Of a stretch of 64,000 nucleotides of DNA, positions 29,905 through 41,137 are shown piece by piece (position 1 is the stretch's first letter; each line of letters starts with the position of its first letter). Made by a program: the position numbers and the translations under genes. The stretch is from an uncultured candidate division Zixibacteria bacterium (GTDB lineage: Bacteria; Zixibacteria; MSB-5A5; GN15; FEB-12), in contig CAWDXE010000001.1 of NCBI GenBank assembly GCA_963806185.1, positions 128,001 to 192,000 on the forward strand, written 5' to 3'. The notes below the pieces were generated by a model. It did not search any database. It was not told the DNA's origin and saw nothing but the letters and a program-made list of their open reading frames with translations.

Positions 29905-31262
29905 ATGAGACAGATAATCCTGACCACTTGCCTGACTCTGGGGCTGGTTGCTGGCAGCCACGGCCAATGAGATCGCCGTGACTATTTACAACAGCAACCT
30001 CGGCGTCGTCAGCGAGGTCCGCTCGCTCGACTTCAAGAAGGGCATCAACCGCCTTGCGTTCACTGACGTGCCCTCGTTAATCGACGCCGCCTCAGTCGGC
30101 TTTGAATTGACCACCCCCGGTCATCGCGTCGTTATCCTCGAACAAAATTATCTCTACGACCTGGTCTCGCCCGAGCAGATGTACTCGCGCTACGTTGACA
30201 AGCAGATCGAACTGATCGACGAGAACGGCAAAGTGTATCGGGGAATACTGCTCAGTTACAGCGGCGGCGCGGTGGTCATTCGCGAGGATAATGGCCGAAC
30301 CAAAATCGTCCGCCTCGACAAAGTCACCGAAGTGAATTTCCCGGACCTGCCTGAAGGTCTGGTCACTCGCCCGACCCTCTTCTGGAATTACAATTCTGAC
30401 GCCGAGGGCAAACTCGACGGCCGGATCAGCTACCAGACCGGCGGCCTCAACTGGAATGCTGAGTATGTCGGCATGCTCGACGCCGGCGAAAACAATCTCG
30501 ACCTCTCCGGCTGGGCCAGCATTAATCAACGAGTCAGGCAAGACCTACGACAACGCCAGACTCAAGCTGATCGCCGGCGACATCTCCCGCATTCAGCCCC
30601 CCATGACGCCCATGATGCGCGCAAAGGGCGTGCTCGAGATGGCGGCCGAAGCGAGTCAGGGATTCGAAGAAAAGGCGTTCTTCGATTATCATCTGTACAC
30701 CCTGCCGCGTCCGGCTACCATTGCCAATCACGAGACCAAACAGATTTCCCTCTTCGACCCCGCCTCTACCGCCGTGACCAAGAAGTATCTCTTCCGTCCC
30801 GAATCTAAACCGGGTGCGGTCGACGTGATCATCAAGTTCACCAATTCCACCAAGGCCGGCCTCGGCATGCCGTTACCCAGCGGGCGGGTACGGATGTTCA
30901 AGTCCGACACCGACGGCTCGGCTGTACTCCTCGGCGAATCGCAAATCGAACATACGCCGAAGGATGAAGAAATCAGCCTCACTGTCGGCACTGCCTTTGA
31001 CATTGTCGCCGAGGACAAGATCGCCGACGCCCGGCGTATTTCCAGCCAGGTCGAAGAACGCGACATCGAAATTGAATTGCGCAATCGCAAGGATACCGAC
31101 GTCTCCGTGTCGATTGAAAAGAAACTCTGGGGCTTCTGGGAAGTGCTCAGCTCCAGCGTGAAATATGAGAAGAAAGATGCCAACACGATTGAGATGAATG
31201 TCCCCGTAAAGGCGGGCGAAAAGCAGACCGTGAAACTCACTGTCCGCTTCACCAATCGCTGA
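29905..31262 (+). CDS. DUF4139 domain-containing exported protein (frameshifts near 29948 and 30528)
   Basis: VTIYNSNLGVVSEVR, LEQNYLYDL, SYQTGGLNWNAEY, DYHLYTL, GLGMPLPSGRVR, GESQIEHTP, GTAFD. Confidence 0.8.
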
Positions 31263-31345
31263 GGCAATGCCGGTTGACAACTCCATATCCCATCCCTTAA
31301 ATTGGGCGCTGCGAATGGGTTGTTGAAATGAATCTAGGAGGTTAT

Positions 31346-32710
31346 GTGAGAATGTTGCAACGATGTCTGGTAGTCGCTCTGGTGGCCCTGATCGCCACCG
31401 GGTCGGTCTTCGCGCGCAAGCTGCCCGAAGGCGCCTATATCAAGACTGCCAAGATCGAAGTCCTCTCCGGTGATCTGGAACGGTATAAAACCGCCCAAGC
31501 CATGTTGGACTCGCTGTTCATCAACTACGGCCCCCACGCCGAAGGCATGTACTGGCAGTGCCAGATCATGGTCGATATATTGGATAAAGCGCCGGGTCTT
31601 GAGGCCAAACGCCAGTACGCGACGACACTCGTAAAACTCATCGATTCCCTCGCCTGGATCTGCGGTAATGAAGCCATCAAGCCGAACTATCGCAAAGGCT
31701 GCGACAAGTTTCTTAAGGGTATGGATACCACACGCGAGAGTATCTGGCGTGAATTCTATAACGCCGGCGTCGCTCAAGTGAGCGAGATTCAGAAAGTCTC
31801 AGAGGAAATGAAGGGCGTGACTGACTCCGTCGCCCTCGCCTTCTACCAAAATCGTCTCCCAGCCCTTTCCGATTCCTGCACCCAGAACATGACTCTGGCC
31901 ATCCTTGTCGATCCTTCCGACTCGCGTTCCTACATCGGCCTCGGCACCATCTATGAGAGCCAGGGGAAATTCGATTCCTCCAACACCTGGCTGAAAATGG
32001 GACTCGAACGCATCAAGGAAAAAGGGCCGATCCTCTCCCAGGTTGCCTATAACTACATTCAATTAAACGACTATTGCGGTGCGATTCCCTACTTCAAGGA
32101 AATGATCGCCCTCAATCCCGGCGACACCAGCTCGGTCCCAACGATGCTCAACCTGGCCATATGCTACAACAACTGCAAGCAATTCGATTCCGCCCTGTTG
32201 GTCCAGCGCCAGATTCTGGAAATCTCGCCTACCAATACCGACGCCCTCACCGGCATCGGACGCTACTTCAATACTCAGGCCCGGCTCGCCAATGACTCCG
32301 TCAATGCCCTGACCGACGAGGCCGGCAAGAAAAAGTGGTCGACCGCACGCGACAACGCCTTTGACTCCTCGAAGGCATATTTCAAAAAGGTCTACGATCT
32401 GAAGACCGACGATCAGTTCGCTGCCGAGGAATATGCCCTCGTCTGCGCCCTGCGTTCCGATTACAAATCGGCCGCCGAGGCGTTCAAACGCGCTTCCGAC
32501 CTCGATCCGAAAATTGCCGAGAACTGGACCTCCCTTGGTGACTGCTACCTCAACCTCAAGCAGTTCAAGGATGCCATCGTCGCCTATGAGAAGGTAGTCG
32601 AGCTGGAACCGTCCAACCGCGAAATCTGGGAACGCCTCAGAGACCTTTACCAGCAGGAGAAGCTGCCGGTCAAGCAGGCCGAAGCCGACAAGAAACTTAA
32701 GGAAATCTAA
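31346..32710 (+). CDS. Exported tetratricopeptide repeat protein
   Basis: SD AGGAGG before GTG 31346; signal peptide; TPRs such as WTSLGDCYLNLKQFKDAIVAYEKVVELEP. Confidence 0.85.
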   Translation: MRMLQRCLVVALVALIATGSVFARKLPEGAYIKTAKIEVLSGDLERYKTAQAMLDSLFINYGPHAEGMYWQCQIMVDILDKAPGLEAKRQYATTLVKLIDSLAWICGNEAIKPNYRKGCDKFLKGMDTTRESIWREFYNAGVAQVSEIQKVSEEMKGVTDSVALAFYQNRLPALSDSCTQNMTLAILVDPSDSRSYIGLGTIYESQGKFDSSNTWLKMGLERIKEKGPILSQVAYNYIQLNDYCGAIPYFKEMIALNPGDTSSVPTMLNLAICYNNCKQFDSALLVQRQILEISPTNTDALTGIGRYFNTQARLANDSVNALTDEAGKKKWSTARDNAFDSSKAYFKKVYDLKTDDQFAAEEYALVCALRSDYKSAAEAFKRASDLDPKIAENWTSLGDCYLNLKQFKDAIVAYEKVVELEPSNREIWERLRDLYQQEKLPVKQAEADKKLKEI

Positions 32711-32731
32711 GAACGTGACACTGATCGTTCG

Positions 32732-32762
32732 AAAAAGGCTGGCGTTACGCCGGCCTTTTTTT
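32732..32762 (+). terminator. Intrinsic terminator
   Basis: AAAAAGGCTGGCG-TTA-CGCCGGCCTTTTTTT. Confidence 0.8.
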
Positions 32763-32773
32763 ATCGTACCCCT

Positions 32774-35168
32774 ATGGCCGACAACTCCAGAACCATTCAA
32801 GTAGCGATCGCCGGACCGCTCCGTCGCTCGTTTACCTACTCTGTCCCGACCGGAATGCCGATTCCGCACGCCGGTCAGCGAGTAGTCGTCAGCTTCGGCC
32901 GCGCGCAAAAAATCGGCTACTCCCTGGGTCCGTGCTCACCGCCCGCCGGCGTCACTCTCAAACCGATCGTGAAATCACTGGACGGCCAGTCACTCTTCCC
33001 TCCCGATCTCCTCAAATTTTGTCTCTGGATGGCCGACTACTACTTCGCCAACCCGGCCGACTGCCTCACCGCCGCTCTTCCACCAGTCCTCAAAGCGGGG
33101 AAAGAACGCGTCTGGCAGTGGACTGTCAACGCGCGGGACATCGCACCATCGTCCATTCACAGCTTGATCCGCGCCGGACGGCGACTAACGCCCAGGACAG
33201 TTCAGAGAATCAACTCCGTCTCCAAAGCACTCTTCTCCGACCTGCAACAAAACGGCGCGATCATCGAAACCCACGCCGAGGCCGACCAGCCCAAACGCCG
33301 CATCCTCGTCGGTTACCAGGCCGTCCGAATCGACGAGTGGCCGACCGGCTTCGCGAAAAAAAAATTCACGCCGCTCCCCTTTGACGGTATCCGCTCACGC
33401 AACGAAATGATCTCCGATCATTGGACATCGCATCATCTTCATTGGGCTGTGAAGGCAGGACTTCTTGAACCGGTCTACGACCAGGCGCACGACGACATTT
33501 TCAGTTTTATCACGCCGCGCAAAGACGTCGACCGCCTCCCCCTTACCGACGAACAACAGGTCGTCATCGACAACGTGAGTACCGCCTTCGGCAAGGGCTT
33601 CTCCACCCTCCTTCTGCACGGCGTTACCGGCTCCGGCAAAACACTGGTGTACTGCCATCTCGCTCGTGAGGTTTTGGCGGCCGGAAAGACGGTGCTTGTG
33701 CTGACTCCCGAAATCACCCTGTCTGGCACGACGCTGGCGTATCTGCGCGGCTTCTTCGGCGACACCGTCACCGTCATTCACTCCGCCATGACCGAACGTG
33801 AACGCCTCGCCAGTTGGGAGGGCATTCGCTCAGGCAAATATCCAATCGTCGTCGGCCCCCGCTCGGCGATCTTCGCCCCGCTCGAAAATCTGGGTTTGAT
33901 CGTCGTCGATGAAGAGCACGACGGCTCGTACAAGCAGGACGAACCCTCGCCCCGCTTCCAAGGGCGCGACGCCGCCATCATGCGCGCAAAATTGAACGGA
34001 ATTCCTGTCCTGCTCGGCTCGGCGTCGCCGTCAGTCGAATCATATCACCACGCCGCCACCGGTCGTTATCAGTTGCTTACTCTGACTCATCGCCCGGCCG
34101 GCGCCACGTTGCCGCGTATCGAAGTCATTGACATGCGCTCCCAGCAGGTGAAAGGCGACCTCCCTTTTCTTTCTCTGAAATTGAAGAAGGCGGTCGAGGA
34201 TCGGCTCCGGCGCGGCGAACAGGCCATTCTCTTCCTCAATCGTCGCGGCTATTCCCCCATGGTAAAATGTGGCGCCTGTGGTTTTGTGCCGCAATGTCCG
34301 CAATGTGAAGTGAACCTGACCTTCCACAAGGCCGGCCGCAAACTGATCTGCCATTACTGTGGCTACCTGCACCAACGGTACGACGCGTGTACCAAGTGCG
34401 GAAGCACCACGGCTCTCTATCTGGGCGCGGGCACTCAGAAGGTCGAGGAGAGCATCCCGCGCCTGTTTGACGGCGCCAAACCGTTGCGCTTCGATTCCGA
34501 CTCCGCCTCCGGCCGCCTCAACGCCCATCGCCTGCTCGATGAATTCGCCCAGCAAAAATTCAACCTCCTGCTCGGCACCCAGATGGTTACCAAGGGACTG
34601 GATCTGCCCGAGGTATCCCTCGTCGGCGTACTATCGGCCGACATGGGCCTCGACATGCCCGATTTCCGCGCTTCAGAGAAGACATTCGCCAAGCTCCTGC
34701 AGGTCGCCGGACGATCCGGCCGCGCCGACAAACCGGGCGAGGTGTTGATCCAGACGTTCTATCCGGAACACCACGTCATCATCGACGCCGAGCATCAGGA
34801 TTACCCTTCGTTTTTTGCGCGGGAAATCAAGAAGCGAGAATTGCACCAGTTCCCGCCTTTCTCTCGCTTGGTGAGAATCCTGCTGAGTGGGAAAGAAGAA
34901 AAGAATCTGGTGAAGGTGACCGCCACGTTCCGTGAGTCACTCGAACGCCGTCTAGGTGATGCCGGCATCACCGCCGAATTGCTCGGCCCCGCGCCCGCGC
35001 CGATGGCGCTGCTCAAGGGATTATTCCGCCGTCATCTGTTGGTGAAAACCCGGCAGATGACCCGCGTGACCAATACACTCACTGAGTGGGAAAATCAGGA
35101 GGCCCGCTTCGGCCTCCCCGCCAACTGTCAAGATTGTCGTCGACGTCGACGCCGACGATATGATGTAA
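32774..35168 (+). CDS. priA: Primosomal protein N' (frameshift near 35125)
   Basis: GVTGSGKT, DEEH, SASPS, LNRRGY, four CxxC, GTQMVTKGLD, QVAGRSGR; canonical end VKIVVDVDADDMM* in another frame, stop at 35168. Confidence 0.95.
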
Positions 35169-35176
35169 TCGCTCTC

Positions 35177-36489
35177 CTACCGACCGTGAGTCTCTTTCCT
35201 CTGCTCCTCCGCCGATGCTGTTTCCAATTCGAAAGTAATCAGTCTTGCCCCGCGATTGCGTGTGATGTAACTCCACCCCCACTGGAGAAACACCAGCAGT
35301 CGATTTTCAAACTCGACCAGGTACATCAGATGTACAAACAGCCAGAGCAGCCAGGCCGGATACCCCCAGACTTTGAGCCACCCGAAATCCGCTACCGCCT
35401 TCGCCCGCCCGATCGTCGCCAGCACACCCTTATTGAAATACCGATACGGCTTCACCGGCTGGCCGGCCAGACGATTCTTTATCGCCCGCGCTACATACCG
35501 CCCTTCGGACATTGCCACCGGCGCTATCCCCGGCAGCGGCTGCTTGCCCTGATGCGTGAACAGCGCGAGATCACCGATGACATATATCGACGGCCGCCCC
35601 GGAACCGTCAGATCCGGTTCAACCACTATTCTCCCCGCCCGATCGACATGCGTGTGGCTCACCGCCACCATTCTTCCCAGTTTCGATGCCTGCACGCCCG
35701 CCGCCCACAGCACCGTCTTCGCCTCAATTCGCTGCGCCTTCTCTCCCTGTCCCAGGATCACGCCTTCTTCATCAACCTGCGACGCATACTCGCCCGTGAT
35801 CACCCGCACCCCCATCCGCTCCAGCGCCTCACGTACTTTTCGCGAGAGCAACGGTGGGTAGGTGCCCAAGCAGCCGATCCGATCCTTCGATCAAGAATGA
35901 TCTCTGCATCTCCCGTGTGAATGCGCCGGAAATCCTGCTTGAGCGTCTCAAACGCGATCTCCGCGATCGCCCCGGCCAGCTCGACACCGGTCGGACCGCC
36001 CCCGACTATGACGAAAGTCATGTGCTTCTTCCGCTCGTCCGCTCGTTCAATCCACTCCGCATGCTCAAAAGCATGAAAGATGCGCGACCGTATATCTATC
36101 GCATCCTCGATCGACTTCAGACCGGGTGCGTGGCCGGACCACTCCGGATGACCGAAATAATCGTGCGTCGATCCGGTCGCCAGAACCAGCAGGTCGTACG
36201 ATATATTGGCCGAATCCACCCGCACCGTTTGACGATCCGGATCTATCGACGAAACCTCGCCCATGAGCACGGTGGTATTGTTCTGATGTTTGAGAATATG
36301 TCGAAGCGGCGACGAAATGTCTCCCGGCGATAATCCGCCCGTCGCCACTTGATAGAGCAGAGGTTGGAAAAGATGAAAGTTCCGTCGATCGACAAGTGTC
36401 ACCAGCGCCGGCGCATCTTTCAGGTGCTTGGCCACTTCGATGCCGCCAAAACCTCCCCCGACGATCACGATCTGCGGAACCGACGTCAT
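35177..36489 (-). CDS. ndh: Type II NADH dehydrogenase (frameshift near 35885)
   Basis: VIVGGGFGG, HLFQPLLYQVAT, VGGGPTGVELAG; then LWAAGV, IGD, APVAMSEG, KGVLATIGR, AWLLWLFVHL. Confidence 0.93.
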
Positions 36490-36606
36490 GACTCCTCCTT
36501 GAAAACGCAGCCGACTGTAAAGCGGCCACCTTTGAGTGTTCCCAAAGGTGGCCAACTTATATAACCGCGTCGACGCGGGCTAGTTCATGTATTCTCGATG
36601 CCTGGC

Positions 36607-37272
36607 TTAACCTTGACTTTCAGCCGCTTTCTTCAGCTTGTCGTTGGCAAAGATAGCGATTTCCACACGACGGTTCGCCTGACGGCCGTCAGTCGTCGCG
36701 TTATCCGCAATCGGCTGATCTTCGCCGTATCCCATCGTTGAGAATCTCGTCGGCAACACTTGAAGTCCGCTCAGATAACCCGACACCGACTGCGCCCGAC
36801 GCTGCGACAACGCCAGATTGTGATCGGCCGACCCGGTCGAATCGGTGTGACCTTCGATCAGAATCTTGGTATCCGGATATTTGTTCAATATTGTCGCGAG
36901 CTTTTCCAGATTCGTTTTCGCCTCTGGTCGAAGCTCGGCTTTGTCGATATCGAAGAGAATACCCGAGTCAAACGTTATCTTGATCCCTTCGCCTACGCGC
37001 TCGATCTGCGCACCTTCCAGGTCGGCCCGCATCTCTTCCGCCTGTTTATCCATATAGTTGCCGATGTAGGCACCGGCAACGCCGCCGACCATCGCCCCGA
37101 GAATCGCCCCGGCCGCCGTGTTTCCGGCCTTGTTGCCGATGACGCCACCGAGCACTGCGCCAGCCGTGGCGCCGATTGCCGCACCCTTATCCCGTTTCTT
37201 CCAGTTGCTGCACCCTATGCCCCCGGCTACTACTGCGAGAGCTAGCGTTATGATCAGAACTTTCCGTAGCAT
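36607..37272 (-). CDS. OmpA family lipoprotein with glycine zipper
   Basis: Lipobox GIGC, Gly-zipper, EGHTD, NLALSQRRA, GYGE, NRRVEI. Confidence 0.93.
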   Translation of the reverse strand: MLRKVLIITLALAVVAGGIGCSNWKKRDKGAAIGATAGAVLGGVIGNKAGNTAAGAILGAMVGGVAGAYIGNYMDKQAEEMRADLEGAQIERVGEGIKITFDSGILFDIDKAELRPEAKTNLEKLATILNKYPDTKILIEGHTDSTGSADHNLALSQRRAQSVSGYLSGLQVLPTRFSTMGYGEDQPIADNATTDGRQANRRVEIAIFANDKLKKAAESQG

Positions 37273-37492
37273 ATTGGTTCTCCTCTGTTACTGTTCAGAC
37301 AGTTTGATTAATGCTCTTACGATAGACTTTGTCAACCCTAAACGCGAACTGCTCGCCTTCACGAAAGTCTGAGTCCCCCTATTCTCGCTTCTTGTTGACC
37401 GATCGTGTGTGCCCTATTACGTTTAGCGTGAGTGTCCCATTTGGTACACACTGTAAACCAATGACAGAGAGGAAAGTGAGAGGAGCTCGAAC

Positions 37493-37828
37493 ATGCGGTT
37501 TCGCTTTAGCCGTTGTATTGCCATCCAGACGCCTCACCACGATCAGGCTGTCGATTTCTACCACCGCGTGCTCGGGTTTCCCGTGATCGACGTCCAGCCC
37601 GGCTGCACCGAACTCAACGGCGATCCCTATCGAATCTTCATTCAGAAAGGTGAACCCAAGGGGCCGATTCTGGAGTTTCAGGTTGACGACCTGATCGCCG
37701 CCCGCAAAACTCTCGAATCGCACGGCTGCACCGTCATTCGCTGGGAAGGCAAAGGCAAGGACTGTTACATGCGAGACCCCTACGGCCTGGTTTTCAACCT
37801 GTGGGAAGAACCGGCTGCCGCGAAATAA
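37493..37828 (+). CDS. VOC (glyoxalase/bleomycin resistance) family protein
   Basis: AVDFYHRVLGF, FQVDDL, MRDPYG; SD AGGAG. Confidence 0.85.
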   Translation: MRFRFSRCIAIQTPHHDQAVDFYHRVLGFPVIDVQPGCTELNGDPYRIFIQKGEPKGPILEFQVDDLIAARKTLESHGCTVIRWEGKGKDCYMRDPYGLVFNLWEEPAAAK

Positions 37829-37854
37829 CTCTACCGCCGTCGAAAGGCCGTGAC

Positions 37855-38196
37855 ATGGATTACTATCAAATCTGGTGCAATCTCATCGACAGCTCCAAAG
37901 ACCTGCAGTTCGCCCGCGACGTTCGCGCGTATATGGACTATCTGCAGGGCAAAGGTCTGATCGCCCACTACACCCTGACCCGCCGAAAATTCGGCTTCGG
38001 TCCGCAGGAATTGGGCGAGTTCAGTATTACCATCGCCACCGATAACCTCGCCCAGCTCGAGGCTGCGTTTCAGGAAGTGGCAACGCGATCAGGCGACGTT
38101 GAGAAACGTCACCACCCCGTCTACTCCGCCGTCAAGGATTTCCGCTCCGGACTCTATCGCGATTTCCCTGACCAGGTCCGCATCGAAAACAGATGA
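37855..38196 (+). CDS. DUF6614-like hypothetical protein
   Basis: MDYYQIWCNL...LTRRKFGFGP..LGEF...LAQLEAAF...LYRDFPD. Confidence 0.7.
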   Translation: MDYYQIWCNLIDSSKDLQFARDVRAYMDYLQGKGLIAHYTLTRRKFGFGPQELGEFSITIATDNLAQLEAAFQEVATRSGDVEKRHHPVYSAVKDFRSGLYRDFPDQVRIENR

Positions 38197-38217
38197 TTGA
38201 TTGATTGGCAGAAGGAG

Positions 38218-38243
38218 GGGGAACGAGAGAGTTCTCGTTCCCC
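38218..38243. terminator. Hairpin between convergent genes
   Basis: GGGGAACGAGA/TCTCGTTCCCC. Confidence 0.65.
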
Positions 38244-38253
38244 GCTCTGAGCT

Positions 38254-38760
38254 TTAGAAATGAAGACCGATGGTCAGCGGAATGAACGTGGAGCTTGATC
38301 CTTCGGTCGAAATCGACACGAAACGGACTTTGCCGAACCACTTGCCCATATCGGCGCCGGCGCCAAGTGAGAAGAAAATGTCCGAGCTGGACTCACCACC
38401 GTAGCTGGAGAAAGCCATGCCGAGACCACCCAGCAGGAACGGCATCATCTTCTTCGCGGTTGCGTCCGCCGGTGACAGTTTGAACTTGATGTCGCCGCCG
38501 GCCAGGAAGGAACCGAACGATTCGTCAAATTCCGTTCCGAAATGATGATAGGACACAGCCGGACCGACTTCGATCTTCGGTGACAGCGGCCACATCAGCG
38601 TGCCGTCGCCGTGAAATCCCATATTGGCAAAATCACCGAAATCCCCCATCGGCAGTGACAATCCGGCGCCGACATTAATCGAGAACTTGCGTGCGCTTTG
38701 CGCCGACGCAACCGAAGCCACGACCAGCACCAGACCGAGCACTACGAGTACTTTCTTCAT
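38254..38760 (-). CDS. Small outer-membrane beta-barrel protein
   Basis: Signal peptide, amphipathic Gly-rich strands, C-terminal Phe (IGLHF); SD GAGGAG. Confidence 0.85.
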   Translation of the reverse strand: MKKVLVVLGLVLVVASVASAQSARKFSINVGAGLSLPMGDFGDFANMGFHGDGTLMWPLSPKIEVGPAVSYHHFGTEFDESFGSFLAGGDIKFKLSPADATAKKMMPFLLGGLGMAFSSYGGESSSDIFFSLGAGADMGKWFGKVRFVSISTEGSSSTFIPLTIGLHF

Positions 38761-38897
38761 CTTGTCTCTCCTCAGCTAAAATATCCGACTCTCCCGAGCT
38801 GCCCCGGGATTTTCTTTGGTTCAACTTCACCTGCAACTATTGATCAATACGTTGATTATTGCCCGCCAAGCTACGCCCCTAAATCCCTCCGGTCAAT

Positions 38898-38943
38898 AAA
38901 AAAAAATGGCCCGCTTCGGTCCATCTCATATGCCGAAGCGGGC
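38898..38943 (-). terminator. Intrinsic terminator after the M6 protease
   Basis: GCCCGCTTCGG/CCGAAGCGGGC stem with a T-tract on the minus strand. Confidence 0.7.
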
Positions 38944-38964
38944 AAATAGCCGATTGATGATTGT

Positions 38965-40983
38965 CTATTGACAGGCGGGCAGCGCTTCAAAGGTCACAAA
39001 AAGATTATTAATCAGCGCTGTCAAATCGCCGATATCCGGCGCCTCCGCACTGCCCGCTCCGTCGCAGTTCGACTCCACGGCACAGCAGAGCGGAGTGAAG
39101 GTGATAAAAAGATTGTCTATCAGAGTCGTCAGATCGCCGATGTCAACCCCATCACTCGCGTCGCAATCTACATTGCCCACCGAACTGAGGCAGCAACAGG
39201 CATCCCCGCGACCGTCATCATCCAAATCCGCCTGATCCGGATTGAACACCGTCGGGCAGTTATCCACATTAGCGCAGAAACCGTCCTGATCGGCATCGTT
39301 GTTCGCGTCCAGCACGCACGCATCACATGCGTCGCCAATTCCATCCTCGTCGGTGTCGAGCTGCGACGCGTTAGCCACCGTGGGACAATTATCCACATTG
39401 GCGCAGAATCCGTCGCTGTCGATGTCGTTTTGCGCATCAGTCGGACAAGCGTCGCAGGCATCGGCGATGCCATCGCTGTCGCTATCCACCGTCGGAATGA
39501 ATATGTAGGCGTACAACCGGTCGTTGACCAGCGAATCGACCCGCACGATTACCCCGCTCGGACCGGTGTGGCCATCACTGCTTGGCGTGGTCGTCGGTGA
39601 CAATAGATTCTGCCCCGCTACATCAGGCGAAAACAACGCCCCCTTGCGCGACTCATACGGATACCACCATTGCGCCGAATCTGATACATTCCCGCCGGGA
39701 TTCATCGTGTAGTCGTACCCTGGATTGTAACCCGCATCTACCACCTGAACATGATAAAACGGCTCATCCGGCGTCCCATTGTTCCCCCAGTACGCTACGT
39801 TGTCATCGACATGAGTAATCAACAAGCCGCGATCCAGCGAATCACACCCCAGGTGCAGAAGAGGGTAAAAGTAACAGCTGAAGTCCGAATCCGTCTTGTC
39901 AAACTTGCCTGGCGCACGACGGTTGCGGTACTCCAACAGAAAATACTCCGACCCGTCCGGCCGCAGCGGTATCTTGTACAGTGAGCTGTCCGAATAGGTC
40001 TCGATCTCCTTAAGCGGAAGGGCGGCATACGTCCCGCCGCACAATGTTATCGGCGCCACCCATCCCAGCGCCGCCTTACTCCAACCGCATAGATGCGACG
40101 TTACCGCCGATCGAATCGACAAAACGCCATACCCGCCGTACCCCATGGTGCACCAATCATACAGGGGATGATCGTTATCATCATTGGGCGTGTAGAATGT
40201 GGAGACGACCAGCTTGGAGTCATAGTCATATAAATCCGGCAATCCCAGGTTATGCCCCAGTTCATGAGCAAATACGCGAATGTTGTTGATCACCACCTGG
40301 CCGCTGAATCCGGACGGATTGGTCGCGCTGTGCAACGGAAACATTTCCGGACACGTGTTCCAGGCGTCAACCGTGACCCCGTCGAATGGCCCCACGCCGT
40401 CGCCCGGGCCATACGTCATCGCCGCCGACCAGATGTCTTCGGGGTTGTGAGAGTCTTCCTGTCCGAGCCTTGAGCGAATGAATACGACCGCATCGACCGA
40501 GCCGTCATGATTGCCGTCAAATTGACTGTAATCGATTAGCGGATCGAGCTGATACAGCAACGGCTCGAACTGCCAGATGTTCCTCGTGTACATGCCGTTC
40601 TCTACCCAGTCAATCACCTGCCCCTGAATCACGACACGCCCGTACGAAACTTCGCTGTAATAATCCGCCAGTGAACCATTCGGCCAGACATTCCTCGAAA
40701 AAAGCAGACTGTCGAATCTGGCTTTGGGATACGTACCCTCCCGATCATACCAATCCACCAGAATCGCCAGCACCTTCACCGTATCTCCGGTACGGCGAAC
40801 CGTCGCCATGGCCATACTGTCTTCCCGGGTCAGTGCGGACCCCGGCATTCGGCCAAATTGCGGCACCAGTTCCTCCCGAGGAATATCGAAGATAAGCGCT
40901 TTGGAGATATCGGCCGCAGACACTGCGCCCGAAGCCAGCATCAGTCCGAATAGGACTGCCAGAAAGCGTGACCGGATGAGCAT
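38965..40983 (-). CDS. Secreted M6 (InhA-like) metalloprotease with thrombospondin type-3 repeats and a dockerin-like C-terminus
   Basis: SD CAGGAGG, signal peptide, SLADYYSEVSYG, HELGHNLGLPDLYD, EYFLLEYR; DNCP..N..Q.D.D.DG.GDAC repeats; duplicated DIGDLT.LI.NLF. Confidence 0.9.
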   Translation of the reverse strand: MLIRSRFLAVLFGLMLASGAVSAADISKALIFDIPREELVPQFGRMPGSALTREDSMAMATVRRTGDTVKVLAILVDWYDREGTYPKARFDSLLFSRNVWPNGSLADYYSEVSYGRVVIQGQVIDWVENGMYTRNIWQFEPLLYQLDPLIDYSQFDGNHDGSVDAVVFIRSRLGQEDSHNPEDIWSAAMTYGPGDGVGPFDGVTVDAWNTCPEMFPLHSATNPSGFSGQVVINNIRVFAHELGHNLGLPDLYDYDSKLVVSTFYTPNDDNDHPLYDWCTMGYGGYGVLSIRSAVTSHLCGWSKAALGWVAPITLCGGTYAALPLKEIETYSDSSLYKIPLRPDGSEYFLLEYRNRRAPGKFDKTDSDFSCYFYPLLHLGCDSLDRGLLITHVDDNVAYWGNNGTPDEPFYHVQVVDAGYNPGYDYTMNPGGNVSDSAQWWYPYESRKGALFSPDVAGQNLLSPTTTPSSDGHTGPSGVIVRVDSLVNDRLYAYIFIPTVDSDSDGIADACDACPTDAQNDIDSDGFCANVDNCPTVANASQLDTDEDGIGDACDACVLDANNDADQDGFCANVDNCPTVFNPDQADLDDDGRGDACCCLSSVGNVDCDASDGVDIGDLTTLIDNLFITFTPLCCAVESNCDGAGSAEAPDIGDLTALINNLFVTFEALPACQ

Positions 40984-41137
40984 ATCCACCTCCTGAAATA
41001 CGTCGAAAAGACGGCTGTCGTGAAGTAGTGAGGACCACCTGAAAATAGGACCGACTGCTCTTCTTTCCAAATACTTTCTTCCGCCCCGCCCCCAAGGTTG
41101 CAGTTGACCTCCCGCTCGCCAGTCCCTTTATTTCGCC

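Noticed and set aside
32774..35920. 1048-aa PriA with a novel C-terminal domain
   Set aside because: Frameshift read-through antisense to ndh; the canonical end is at 35168
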